Source of the DNA: Nemertoderma westbladi
Taxonomy: Eukaryota > Animalia > Xenacoelomorpha
Assembly (NCBI GenBank): GCA_032718475.1
Contig: JAUCBJ010003571.1
Coordinates: 34,659-98,658, forward strand
Reading direction: 5' to 3'
Length of the DNA: 64,000 bases
Part shown: positions 49,728 to 62,249 of the stretch, piece by piece
Layout of the letters: the number at the start of each line of letters is the position of its first letter
Position numbering within the stretch: position 1 is the first letter of the stretch
Notes under the pieces: model-generated
Told to the model about the DNA's origin: nothing
The model's database searches: none
The model's input: the letters and a program-made list of their open reading frames with translations, nothing else
Program-made: the position numbers and the translations under genes

Positions 49728-52700
49728 TCACGGTGGATGGGGAAGTGGTTGGTCTACGCTCATCAGATACAGCGCGCATCTTAATGTAGACAGGTTGGCT
49801 GGCATTCCGGTGCATTGCAGGTAGTGGGCGGTACATGTGGCACTATTATTGCACAACCAGCAAACACATTGATCAGTGGGTCTCCAGCAGTTCGAAATTT
49901 TACAAATCCGATGGTGGCAGCCGTTCGCCATTAACTGGGCTGCTGCGCGGCGACGAAAACCGGTTAGGTCCACGAGATTAATTTCCGCGTCATCGCAGTT
50001 ATCTATTGCGTTAAGGATTGCAGTTGACGACGAGTATTAACTGATGCCGCACCAAAGTTTGTAGTAAAATGCTCGCACTCGATGGATGTGTTCCAGCCGC
50101 GGAACGTTTTCGTTAGACGTAAAAATAGTGCATCCGTATGTTGTCGACGGGTAGATTACAGTTGCCCACAAACGTTTTGCCGTGGCTAACGATATATGAT
50201 GTAGATTTACCTTAGTTGCAATACGAATAGAGCAGGCCACGCCTTTTTTGTATAAGTGCTGGAAGTGAGCTGTGGGACCATTTTTTGTTGCTAGCACTAC
50301 GCCTAAGTAGTTGAACATATTTTGAAACTCCAATAAAGTGCCATAATAATATAATTTATCACCAGAAGCTAAACGGCCACCTCTGCGGAATTTGACTGCC
50401 TTAGTTTTCTTTATATTGACCTTCAGGTCATTGACCCGACAATATTCTGATAATCTGTCCAGTGCGTCCTGGGTGACTGCGATCGAATCGCCGACTATGA
50501 CGAGATCATCAGCGTACATTATGACGATGCAGCATGCAGCCATGAGGATAGATGGGAGGTCAGCAACTAACAAGCTGAATAAAAGGGGAGAGAGTTTGTC
50601 ACCTTGCACTACTCCGACCGATTGAGTGATTGGGTCCAATACATATGTTCCAATGCAAATACATACATAGTTAACTGCGATTAGTGCCCATATAGCAGTG
50701 ATAAATTTTCGACTGATGCCATGTATTACTAGACGCTGGCAGAGAGTTTCTCTGTTGATGGAGTCGAACGCCTTAGTGAAGTCGACGAAAACACAATATG
50801 TATGGCCTCCGGCCGACTGAAGAGCTATATTTATTAAACCATATAGGTTCTTGACAGCCATCACCGTTGAGAGTCCTCGACGGAAGCCGTATTGAGCAGC
50901 AGGAAGGATGCCACTGATCTCGGCAAACACGTACAGACGTTCAAACAGAATAGCGGTGTATAGTTTTAGTAGACACGAAAGGAGTGCTATGCCACGATAA
51001 CTGTCAGGGGATGTCTTTTTGCCTTTTGCTTTATACAGTGGTATCAGATATGATGTCAACCAGGATATTGGGCAAACTCCCAGTGTGAGACAGAGGGACA
51101 ACAGACTCAGAAGGAACGGAAGAAGATGACCGAAACCGGATTTTAGCGCCTCGTTCGACACGCCATCTGGCCCCGTTGCTTTGTGGAGCTTGGCGTTATT
51201 GACAGCAACCGTTATTTCCAATGGCTCTATTTGTTTATCTAGTATATCATTTGGTTGATCTGGAATTGGCGGTAGTTGGGGTGAGTGTTTGGTTGAAAGC
51301 AACTCTGAGAAATGTGTGAACCAAGATTGTTCTGACACTTGTTGAGCAACTGGTTTGACTTGGTCACCGGTCTTCAGAATGTTCCAAAATTTCTGTTTGT
51401 CAGACTCGCACTCTTGAATTAACTTAAACTCTCTTTGGGCCTCGTACAATGTCTTTTTTGTATGATTCAACTTCTTATATGAACGAGCTAACTCCGAATA
51501 TCTTTGCTTGTTTAGGGGTGTTGGCGCCCGTTTCATTAACTGAAAACTTGACATGAGTTCGTGTTTAGCCAGATAGCATTCTTGATTGAACCAAGGTTTG
51601 GAATTTCTCGGCTTACTAGATAACGAAGAATTTGTAATAGCATTAGTTATGTAAGAACAGACATCGTCTACTCCATTGGCTATAGCAGATTGAAAATCTC
51701 CTGTCGTTAGAATGTGGCCTAATTTGTCTACATCAAGCCTCTTGATTGCTTTACAGCGCTCTTTCCTATAGTTGATGGGGCTTGTTGTTTCATATTTTAT
51801 ATAAACGCGCTGGTGTTTAGTGTTTGTAGTTGGGCGGATACTTACTGAGACCTTATCAGCCAGTAGGTGGTCGACAAAAACGAGGTCGATTACGCTCTGA
51901 CCATTCCAGGAGTAAAATGTAGGGATTGAGTGGTCGTTAATGCAGTTCAGTCCTGCGCCAAGTAGGCCACTGCATAGTGTGTCTCCACGATCATGAGGGC
52001 CATCTAAACGGCAGTTAAAATCACCTGTTAGCAGTATTGGAAGAGGGCACTTTGCCCGTGCAGTTACAATTATAGTGGTGAGCTCGAGTAATATATCAGA
52101 GACATCAGTTGATGGGGGATAATAGGCAGATATTATCACAAAGTTACTTGTTAGTAGTGCTAAAGCTGTTGAGCTTTTATGAATGGGCTCCTGACGCATT
52201 GCGGTTTTCATATTAATGGCAATAGTGATACCACCGTAAGGGCGCCCTAAATCGCGTTTCTCACAAGACACATTGTGACATGAGAAGCCTGGGATGACCA
52301 AGTCTGTCGTAAACGTTTCATAAAGGAGAAGGATATCAGTGTCTATGAAGGTGTCATCCATTGTTGTGTCGATCGTAGAGCGCGCACCTTCCACATTCCA
52401 TGCAACTAATGTGTAGTAACCAGAGCTATTGTTTGAAAATTTCATATTGGATTCGTCACAGAAAGGGAGTTCGCTAAACAGTATCAGATTAGAAGCGGAC
52501 TGGAAACGTAAACAGACTTTGTGGTGCTTTTCCAGACTGGCCAAGTAGCGATACGGCTTCAAGCAACCAATGCACATTGTAGTACGCGCAGTTTGGTTAG
52601 ACGGGGGTCGTGTTGAAGCAATTGTGGTTGCTGGTAGACGTGTTTGGGTTACTGGAGGGCGGTTTGGGGCATTAGGGGTTACTGGAGGGGGTGTTGGGAC

Positions 52701-53308
52701 AATTGGGGTTACTGGAGGGGGTGTTGGGACAATTGGGGTTACTGGAGAGGGTGTTGGGACAATATGGGTTACTGGAGGGGGTGTTGAGACAATTGGGGTT
52801 ACTGGAGGGGGTGTTGGGATAATTGGGGGTACTGGAGTGGGTGTTGGGACAATTGGGGTTACTGGAGTGGGTGTTGGGACAATTGGGGTTACTGGAGGGG
52901 GTGTTGAGATAATTGGGGTTACTGGAGGGGGTGTTGGGACAATTGGGGTTACTGGAGGGGGTGTTGGGACAATATGGGTTACTGGAGGGGTGTTGAGACA
53001 ATTGGGGTTACTGGAGGGGGTGTTGGGACAATTGGGGTTACTGGAGTGGGTGTTGGGACAATTGGGGTTACTGGAGGGGGTGTTGGGACAATTGGGGTTA
53101 CTGGAGGGGGTGTTGGGACAATTGGGGGTACTGGAGTAGGTGGTGGTACAGTTGGGGTTACTGGAGGGGGTGTTGGGAAAATTGGGGTTACTGGAGAGGG
53201 TGTTGGGACAATATGGGTTACTGGAGGGGGTGTTGAGAAAATTGGGGTTACTGGAGGGGGTGTTGGGTTGGGTCGTACTAACCCTTCTAATTTACTAAAA
53301 TGAATCAT
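49728..53308 (-). mobile_element. Near-complete single-ORF APE-RT non-LTR retrotransposon: Pro/Thr repeats, C2HC finger, APE, RT, C-terminal CCHC
   Basis: WNVEG, YYPP, GDFN, SVIDLVF (APE); FVDFTKAFDS, QGDKLSPLLF, YADD, YLGV (RT); CWLC..HYLQC; one in-frame TAA at 50037-50039 and one frameshift in a G-run near 52988. Confidence 0.92.
52640..53265 (-). repeat. 30-bp coding tandem repeat (PPPVTPIVPT)n, about 21 copies
   Basis: (GGGTTACTGGAGGGGGTGTTGGGACAATTG)n, in frame with the LINE ORF. Confidence 0.92.
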
Positions 53309-53359
53309 TCATAACTATTTTTTATTGGCATTGGGATTCGAAGTACCGGTACGATATTT

Positions 53360-53600
53360 GTTGGTTATAAAAGCTCACCTCTGTAATCTGCTCCTTTCCC
53401 CAAATTGGTAACAACATTGTTTATTGTTTAGGTTAAAATTCCCATTTTTGTAACCTGCCCCTTTACTTCTATTGTTAACAAAATAATGTATTGTTTTGGT
53501 TAGAAAAGCCCACCTCTGTAACCTGCTCCTTTCCCTCAATTGTTAACAACATTCTTTATTGTTTGGTTAGAATATCCAACCCTATTACCTGCTTTTCTCT
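53360..53600. repeat. Diverged about 67-bp tandem repeat (3-4 copies) upstream of the LINE ORF
   Basis: GGTTA..AAAGC.CACCTCTGTAA.CTGCTCCTTTCCC..AATTG.TAACAACATT recurs as an A/B dimer. Confidence 0.65.
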
Positions 53601-54249
53601 TTTAAATGGTAACTTTCATTGAGCACACTAGTACAAGTACTGTACTGTAACTGTAGTACTAATAGGCGTACTACACGACACGGGTAGTGGAGTACATTAC
53701 ACTACCAAACAGTTAGATCTGGAAAACTAATAAATACAGTTACGAATTTAAATAATTTGGTGGAAAATGAATTAATTTTAGTGATATTTGTAATCTCGAT
53801 AATCTAACTAAACACATTGTCTTAATAACTAGACACACGGTCTTAATTACGTACCTTTGTTATTAATTTTTGCAAAGAAAGAATTTCGTGCTTAAATGCG
53901 GGAGGTCATGTAAACGGATTTTCTCGAACTAACATAACTAGTTGATGAACTAAGTTGATGAACTAACATATATTTTAAGTAACATCCTAATCTCCCGAAT
54001 GTATTTTGTAGGCCAATATTTTTTTTGTTAATATTTTTTTTATTAATAATAATAATTTCTTTTACTATTGTGCTATTTATTGTGCCCTTCTTGTGCAACC
54101 TCATGCAAATTTGGTATACGAAATTAAATTAAATTAAATAAAAATATAACATTGAGAATAATGTGGAGTCAACCTCTCCCCCCTACATACAGTTTGTTAA
54201 AATATAGCTACAGTAATTAAAATGAGTATAATTGTATAAATATACAGTG

Positions 54250-54322
54250 TCCGGACAATTGCGACCCGGACAAATTTATCTAAAAACATGGTCGCAATTA
54301 TTGTCCGGGTGGCAATTGTCCG
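54250..54322. repeat. Short palindromic MITE remnant
   Basis: CGGACAATTGCGACCCGGACAA ... TTGTCCGGGTGGCAATTGTCCG. Confidence 0.7.
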
Positions 54323-55067
54323 CAATGCAATATATTATATATATATCAATTAACCAGGTGTAATGCCAGCAAATTTTGAATACAATATTTACTACAACTA
54401 CCTTTGGAAGGAATATTTACCCCCATTAATATAATGATTATCTATATAATAATAATTGTTACTAAGAAATAAATGTAAATCATCGAAATAACAATTTTCT
54501 TATAATATTCTCAAATTCCACTCGTCATTCTTGGTGTTAAACTGGGATCCTAAAAGCTTATGCGTCCTTGGATACCAGTGTGTTACCATGGTAATCATGC
54601 ATCATGCCCAATTATAGCTTAGGTTGTGTGTCAGAACAGATCACATAGAAATAAGAAATCCTTCGATTAGCAGTGGGTACAGTTAGGAGTCCCTGAAGCT
54701 TTGGTAGGGTGATGGATAAGTAATCGATGTTGTACCTATGGTTGCCCGATATTTGCCTACATACAACATTGAGTTGTTTAACTTTCAAAATAAATATATC
54801 AACAGCGAGCCTATCTCGCAGCTTTCTTTCACGTAATATATCTTCATTACTAGCTTTTCACATAGGTTACTCATCATAAATAAAATATAATGTATAACAT
54901 AAATAAAATGTCAGCTTCAAAGTCGACCAACTTTATTCAGGTGTGCACATAATTTTGTATGTAAGTTTTGCATGATAACCTGCCTCGGTTCCTGCCAAAC
55001 GTGAAATAATTGAGAATGGGGAAATAAACCTTCTATACAAAATTAAAAATTTCAAAAGTACTTCAAC

Positions 55068-55102
55068 CAAGGCCATCTAAACAACTCGTTTCGATGGCCT
55101 TG
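55068..55102. mobile_element. 35-bp P-element-type excision footprint or minimal element
   Basis: ACTTCAAC|CAAGGCCATCTAAACAA-C-TCGTTTCGATGGCCTTG|ACTTCAAC: perfect 8-bp TSD around two 17-bp inverted arms. Confidence 0.8.
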
Positions 55103-56119
55103 ACTTCAACCAACACACTATTCCATCAGTAAATCCGCAGTGACAGAGAGGTTTTCCACAAAAATAACAATGATACCATGTGTGAAGAATGGACACCCAC
55201 CTACGGCTATATCCAAACCCCTACAGTTCTCCATGGTGTGTTCAAAAGGACAAAACAATTATTAAATAAGGTTTAGAAAAATATTTTGGCATGCAAACTA
55301 ATCGGACTAAATCATTTAGCATTTATGTTTTACTCAAAATATATGTTTTTTCATAATAATAATAAGTAATTGATTTTTTATGCTTGAATTTAAAGAACTA
55401 CATGGCAGGCTAATCCTCACAGCATACATTTCGCACATACATACATTTCGCACATACACATACTCATGCTGAAAAAAGTGAACCATTAAATGTGTGATTG
55501 TTTTGTATCTGTAGTATGAAAGTATGTACTAAAAGGTATACCACCGCCATGATAGATGCTCTAAGAGAGGCAGTAGCTATTTCTGCTAGTTGGTGTACAG
55601 CTACATACTGGTAGCGTAAATCAGACCATAGCATATCAAATTAACTTCACAAAGATAGTGTGAATTTATTTGAAGAACCTTAGGGATTCCCGCATTCCCG
55701 CAAAAAACTAAGGAAGATTGGTGCTGAATTTGGCGTAAAATTTACACGAAACCAGATCACCAATTTAATTATTCATCATTATTAATATTCATTATTAATT
55801 AATAAGAAAGTCCAGGCCAAACAAACTAATGATCAGTACATGATCAGTACCTAAGTTGATAGAATGTCTCAATACTAAATATGTATGGATTTTCGTAACA
55901 AAAATTGCCTTATATTATACATCCAGTGAAGTGGTAAAATAATACTGTATTTTTGAAGAAATCCTTTATTGCCAGACAGCCATTGAAAATTTTTTAAATT
56001 TCGTCCTGTGCCGAGCAACAAAAAAATGTTTCTTAAAACTAACATTTATTCTATCAACCGTAGTCTATTTATTATTGGCTTTTACATAGGTATTCATGTT
56101 AAAGGCGGGAAATTTAAAT

Positions 56120-57560
56120 CATTCACAATGACGCAGACTAAGTCTTGCCTTGGCCACAATAAGGCGGTGATCACAGGAGAGGGGTCGAAATGTAAATGCA
56201 CTACAGTCTTGTACAGAGCTCCTGTATTTCCTACAAAACAGAATATGGTCTATCTGGGACTTATTACCACTGGGTACACTATGAGTCCATAGCTTTCCAG
56301 TTCGCTTCTTGAACTGGGTTTCAGCTGAAAACAATCCATTTCCAGAGATGAAATTCTGAAGATGGATGGAATTTCGGTTAACACTATCGCTATAGACCCC
56401 GATTGTGGTTGAAATTGTCCACCTCTTCTACTGAGGCAACACTAGTTCGAGAATAGCACACAATCAGAACCACCTTAGGAAACTTCTTAGCCAGTATTCC
56501 AGAACATGAGAAGTGGCAATGGATGATGCGGTTAGAGATTTGGTCTATTTTGTCCAATGCTGCATGTGTAGTTTAAGTCATCAATAGACCAATTCCACCA
56601 TTGCCACTATCATCTGCTGACGCGAGGGCGAGTCGCCAACCGCCCCCATGTCCTTAATCAGAACCTCATCAGTCTGTCCAGTCTGCATTCGGTGCTCTTG
56701 AACACCCACTGCGCTAAGAGAAAGCTTATCAGCCAATGCAGTCAGCTCACCTTGTCGCATTGGGGACCCGAGTGTTAGGGTGTTAACTGAGGCTAGTATA
56801 GTGACTTTCCTCAGATTCACCAATAGCTTTTTTGGTCGGGGTGGAACATCAGAGTAGTTTCCAACTCCAGAATCCCTCCCCCCCTCACAATCTGGCCTCC
56901 GGTCATCCGTGACCCAGGGTTTGGGGCCGAAAAGTTATCAGGAAAGGGACTAACAGAATTGTTCGCCGCTTTGTCTCTCCAGTAGGGGGTGAGCCAGGCA
57001 GCCGGTCAGGAGATAACTGATGCCTGTGAGCCCTATTGTGTCCGGTAATTCAACTGGCCTCTAGTGGCCAGACTTCCGCAATACTTAATGTAATCCATAG
57101 TAGGGATTGGGGGGTGCTTTTTTGCCGAATCAGCTCTCGGGGCAAATACCACACCCTGGTTTGTCATTCCACAGGGTGGGCGTCACAGTGGAGTCAGATA
57201 TGAGGCACATCATCCATTCCTACTCTGACGCACAAGACCCATCATTGGCTGTGCAGCTCATCTGCTGGGCCATGCCCTGTACCCCTGCAGCCAGGTGCAG
57301 GTCGCAGTGAAGTGCATTCAGAGTGGACAATCAGAACACTCTACTCCTGTCCAGCCATTGGTAGATCACCATCTGTCTGGTCAGGACATATACCCCTGCA
57401 GCCAAGTATATGGGTCCTTAATCCACGACCAAGTGCGTCCTTATCCCGGAACAAAGGGGGTCCTAGTTACAGGACCAGATTTACCCTAGTAAGAGGGTCT
57501 ATGCAGCCACACAGGTGGCACCTCCTTTATGCTGCATGGAGGTGGCAAGTTTTCTTGATC
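56120..57560 (-). pseudogene. RTE-clade LINE 5' portion (5'UTR plus degenerate APE endonuclease)
   Basis: SVNTLTL..AVGVQEHR; LWTH..GNKSQIDHIL..CDHRLIVAKARL; GC-rich structured upstream region. Confidence 0.78.
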
Positions 57561-57599
57561 AATGACCTAGAAAACCTGACCTGACCATAAATATGTTGT

Positions 57600-58480
57600 T
57601 ACTCAAAGACGAGTGTTCGAACTAATATACCAATATTATAAGAAGTACAGATCTATCCTCAAAGTTCCAGGTAAGAGAAAGGAGTTGCCAAATTACACTC
57701 TCAAACTTGAAGCATACAAAACTTTTGGATTTTGCCTCTTGAAAATGTGACTCACTTGACAATTGCAAATGTAGCAAGGATCATAAAGTACCAGCTTTAG
57801 AGAGACATTTTGAGGGTTTTTTACCATCAAATATATTTGTTTGAGTATAATTTGTGGTTTGCGCAGGAAAAGTAAATTTAGTAACCTCTTTCTTCTTTTG
57901 CATGACTGATTTCAATTACAGGATTCACCTCCATTCTAGGAATTAACATTTTTACCTCATCTACTAATTCTAATCGAACATTAGTAGCAGAATTCTCATT
58001 TGGTGTAATATTGAATATAAATGAGTTTGAGACCTTTCTAAGATGCATTCTTAAATCATATCCGGGTTGAATAATTTCACTTTCAGTATCAAAATCAATT
58101 GTCAATCCACTTACAAATTGCATTTGTTTACTAAAACTAAAAGCTTCGCCAACAGGGTGTGCTCTAGGGATAATTTCATATCAATGTTCGTTTCGAGGTA
58201 GTTTGAACCCTCCTGTACCGAATAATCAATTTTTCTCTTCTTAGAGTTAAACATGAGAGTGTCTGAGTTGACAGCACCAGCACTGCTTACACAATTGTGT
58301 TTGGTGGAGCTGGTTCGAATCCAACTAAAGGCTGGGTAAATTTCGCACTGTTGTGTACTATGCCAACCTAGTGATATAATGGGAACCTGGTGGAATAATA
58401 ATAAAAGCATTTTGGGATATGCCGAGAGTAGAAGAGTGATATATAAATAATCATTTATTATCCAGTGGTCACAAGTCCCT
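57600..58480 (-). pseudogene. Polinton/Maverick (adintovirus-like) major capsid protein relic
   Basis: LTIDFDTESEIIQPGYDLRMHLRK..RLELVDEVKMLIPRMEVNPVIEISHAK, then VTKFTFPAQTTNYTQTNIFDGKKP and GTLRIDLYF; this follows the Polinton capsid motif order as I recall it. Confidence 0.6.
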
Positions 58481-58639
58481 GAAAGAAATCCAGGAGCTCT
58501 GTACATGATTTACTCTTTTATGTAGGCCTATTGTATGGCATTCGTTCCACTTATATTTAACCATAACCATAGAACGAAAATTAGAAAAAAATATTGCAAA
58601 AATAAATCCCCTGAAATGTTATACCAATACAGAATTCTT

Positions 58640-59380
58640 TGAACGATATAGATTTACACAGTCATAATTTCTTTACATTTTCCATATCATCAATTCTGAT
58701 ATTAAAAGTCGAACCAACTGCAATAAGGCATTGAGTGTGGAACTGCAGCTAGCAGTTGCTCTGCGATTTTATGCTTCAGGGTCTTTTCAGACCATATAAT
58801 CATTTCGTATATCAAGGTCATGTGTTAGTTAGTAGAACTGTACATCATGTGACAAACGCTTTATTAAAACATTTGGATAAATTTGTATATTTACCAACTG
58901 ATTAAGCTGCTCTGCAAAAATTAAAAGAAGATTTCTTTGTCATAGCCGGTGTCCCTGGTGTTGTTGGTGTGACTGACTGCTCCAATATAGAGATTCAAGC
59001 TCCCACTGGTGACCAAAGTGTGTATTACATAAAAAGGAAAGGAGGATACCACAGCATTTACATGCATACAAGCAATTTGCGATGCAAATCCAAATTTTTA
59101 AATATTGTAGCTGACTGTTTATTGTTGACTGATATTGTTTGCAGGACTCACGTATTCTAAAGAACAGCAAAATTGGAATGGACTTCGCTACTTATTATCT
59201 TAGTGGACAGTGGCTACCCTTGCTACCATTGGTTACTCACTCCTCTCTTAGACCCATGAATAGAAACAAGGGTTGATAGACGTTATAACAATTCACATAA
59301 GAAGACTCGAAATGCATTGAAAGATCGTTTTAGATCATTTTAGACATCACTTTCACTGCCTGCATGGAGAAATGAGAAGC
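58640..59380 (+). pseudogene. PIF/Harbinger (HARBI1-like) transposase relic
   Basis: LSVELQLAVALRFYASGSFQ; AGVPGVVGVTDCSNIEIQAP; YIKRKGGYHSI; DSGYP..WLLTP. Confidence 0.88.
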
Positions 59381-59399
59381 AGTAGGAGTACAGGCTTTA

Positions 59400-60450
59400 T
59401 TACTCGGACTACTTAATGATTGGGGTGTTATTTAGGATAGGTTACAGACATTCAGGCTACTGGTATTGTTTATTATTTTTTGGTTAGGCTCTGCATACTT
59501 TGCTCAGTCCAATGGAAGAGCTGAGGTGCAGTCAAGTCCATGAAGCGGCTGCTCAGGGACAACACCAGTGACTCAGGTGACTTGAACACAGATGAGTTCC
59601 TACATGGAGTCTTGCAGTTTAGAATCACACCAGAGCAAGATAGTGGCATATCTCCAGCCCAGGTTCTCTTAGGCAAAACTCCCAGGGATACTCTACCACT
59701 ACCTCCAAGTGTACAGGTGTTCAAAACACAGCCAAGTGCACCAGACATGGAAAGACACATGGAATGTGAAGGAATTTCCCTCCGCATCCAACTAGCTAAA
59801 TAGTGGGATAAACTAGATGCTAAAGGCAAAGACCTCCCTCTGCTTAATGTTGGCGACATTGTTCGCGTCCAGACCCAGTCTGGAAACAACCCCACCAGGT
59901 GGGACTGTACAGGTTGAGTCATGGAGTCTAGTGAGAATGATCAGTATGTAGTATTTTTGGATGGTTCTCGAAGATTGACACCCAGGAACAGGAGATTTCT
60001 AAGGAAAATTGAACCTTATAACCATGAACCCCCACATACAACAAGGATGGTCAGGTCATACGTACATCTACAACTACAACAAGGATGGTCATACGTAATC
60101 ATAGAAACCCCTCTTCCACTATGGCCTCCTCCAAACACCAGATGCCACCCCTTCAAATTCCTCCGAAATTAATTCCAACTACATCTGACATTTCTCATCA
60201 ACCGCTGGCCACTCCAACAGCCAGAACCATTCCTGCAGACGGAAAGTCCCAGACCCAACAGAAACAACCTCCACCTCCAACCTTGGAGACAAAAAACTCT
60301 CCTGTCAAATAACAACAGGCCAAGCCTCATCATGCCAGATCTCGGCCTGTATCCAAAGCTAAGGTGCCAGAATTGGAGCTGAGAAGATCTACCAGATCAA
60401 CCACAGGTATTCCCCCACCAGAACGGCTTCATGGGAATGAAGAATGGGTC
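59400..60450 (+). pseudogene. Gypsy integrase C-terminal relic
   Basis: SAYFAQSNGRAE..VKSMKRLLRDN..FLHGVLQFRITPEQDSGISPAQVLLG; LTPRNRRFLRK; ELRRSTR. Confidence 0.85.
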
Positions 60451-61099
60451 ACCAGCCACATAATATCGCCCACCAAGCTACCAAAATCTAATGGTCTTGT
60501 TCAGAGGACCAGAACCTTCACTACTTCTTCATATCAGAATATATATGTGTGAGCATTTTTTTAAAGTGTCAATCGGCAGAAACATTGGGTTTATTTTTCC
60601 TGTTAGTTCACTTTTAGTGCAGTTTGAGTCTTTTTCATGCCAAATAGGGGGTTACCTTTGGTGAAGGTGTATTTTAGATTATATGCTTCTATTGCGTTTT
60701 GGTGGTGGTGGTATTTTTGTTGTAAATAAAATATACCCCTATGTAGGATATTTAGGACTAAAGCGATATAATTAACATTTAATTTAACAGATCGCCGAAC
60801 TCGGTACAGTACAATTAATTCTGACATCTCAACGGCTGTTTTTCGTGTCACAGCAGTATCAATGTCATGGGGGATATTCCATACTGTACTAGGTAGGCCT
60901 GCAACTACCCCTACTTACTTAGTATAACTTGTACAGTATACCGGTATGTTCATTCAACATATATATCATTTCTGAATTAATGATTTAGTATAATTAGAAT
61001 TGTTCAACTGTGAGTTCAACCAGAGGCAGTTAAAGCTGCAGAAACAGTTCCTGTATAAACCGAAAAAAGGCACCTTGGAAACATAACAGAGAATTCAGA

Positions 61100-62150
61100 A
61101 GTACTGAGAGTACCTGAGTGTATCTCACTAAGGCAAGATAGAGTCCCAACTTAAATGGTCTACAGCAGCCAAGAATGCAGATAAGGTTACATATATTTCC
61201 CTGGACAAGCAGTACTATGATAATCTACAGGAGCCTATCAACCAGCATGTTGATGCCATCAATGATGCAGATGAAAGCAAGCAATTATTCAAACAACCAA
61301 GGTTAAGGCAGAATCACCAGGTGATTGCCTAAATTTTTTTCAAAGGTTGGAAGGCCCAATTTGAAAAGCTCCTCACTACTGACAGGTTATTGCCTGAAAA
61401 CTTTATAGAACATAAAGTACACATATGTGTACTACCAGATATTCCCATTGGTGATATCTGCTTTGCAAAAGGCAAGGCTCCTTTGCTGACACATAATTGA
61501 AGAGTTATCAAAAAAAGAAAGACAGATATCTGGCTGTTATCTTCATTGACTTTTTCCAAGCAATGAATTATGGCAAGTTCTACTTAGTTTCCTTACCATG
61601 TGGTAATATACGAAGGGAAGCTGGTTCACCGAATGAAAAGCACAGCCTCTTGGCACTAGAGTGATCATTGAAGGACTCCAGTCACTGAAGACCTTGAGAT
61701 ATCACTTCTAGTTTGATAACTTCTTTATTAGTGACGATCTATTCTGAAATCTCAGCGATCTTGGCTATAAAGTCACTCACACTGAAAGGGATAATGGATT
61801 GAAGGATTGTCCCCATATAAAAATACCATTGATGAAAAAATTTAAATGTGGAAGAAATGACTAGACTATAGAAAGAGTGGTTCAGTATGTTATTTGCAAT
61901 GGAATGATAATGCAGCGGTTACCATAGGAAATAATGTATAATGTATTTGGTGTATCCCTGTTACAGAATGGCAAGTGGTGGGTGAAGGGGGTGGCTATAA
62001 CTGATATAGACCAACCATACCTTATTCATATTTATAACGAGAAAATTAGACCTGTTCAGGCTGTGGTGGTCTTTCGTGTCAACATAATTATTTTCAAAGA
62101 AATGTTATTTCAGGATACTAAAAAATTCACTAAATATTACAATGGTGGCA
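61100..62150 (+). pseudogene. piggyBac transposase relic
   Basis: PYHVVIYEG, FDNFF, LQWNDNAAVTIGNN, IDQPYLIHIYNE. Confidence 0.75.
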
Positions 62151-62214
62151 TCATGGAGCCTTATAAGAAACCTTATAGGATGACTCAAAGGAGTGGCCAA
62201 AGCCCGTAATAGAA

Positions 62215-62245
<31 letters not shown>

Positions 62246-62249
62246 GTCT

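Noticed and set aside
52570-53303. Plus-strand Gly/Val-rich ORFs
   Set aside because: Antisense shadow of the Pro/Thr repeat in the minus-strand LINE ORF.
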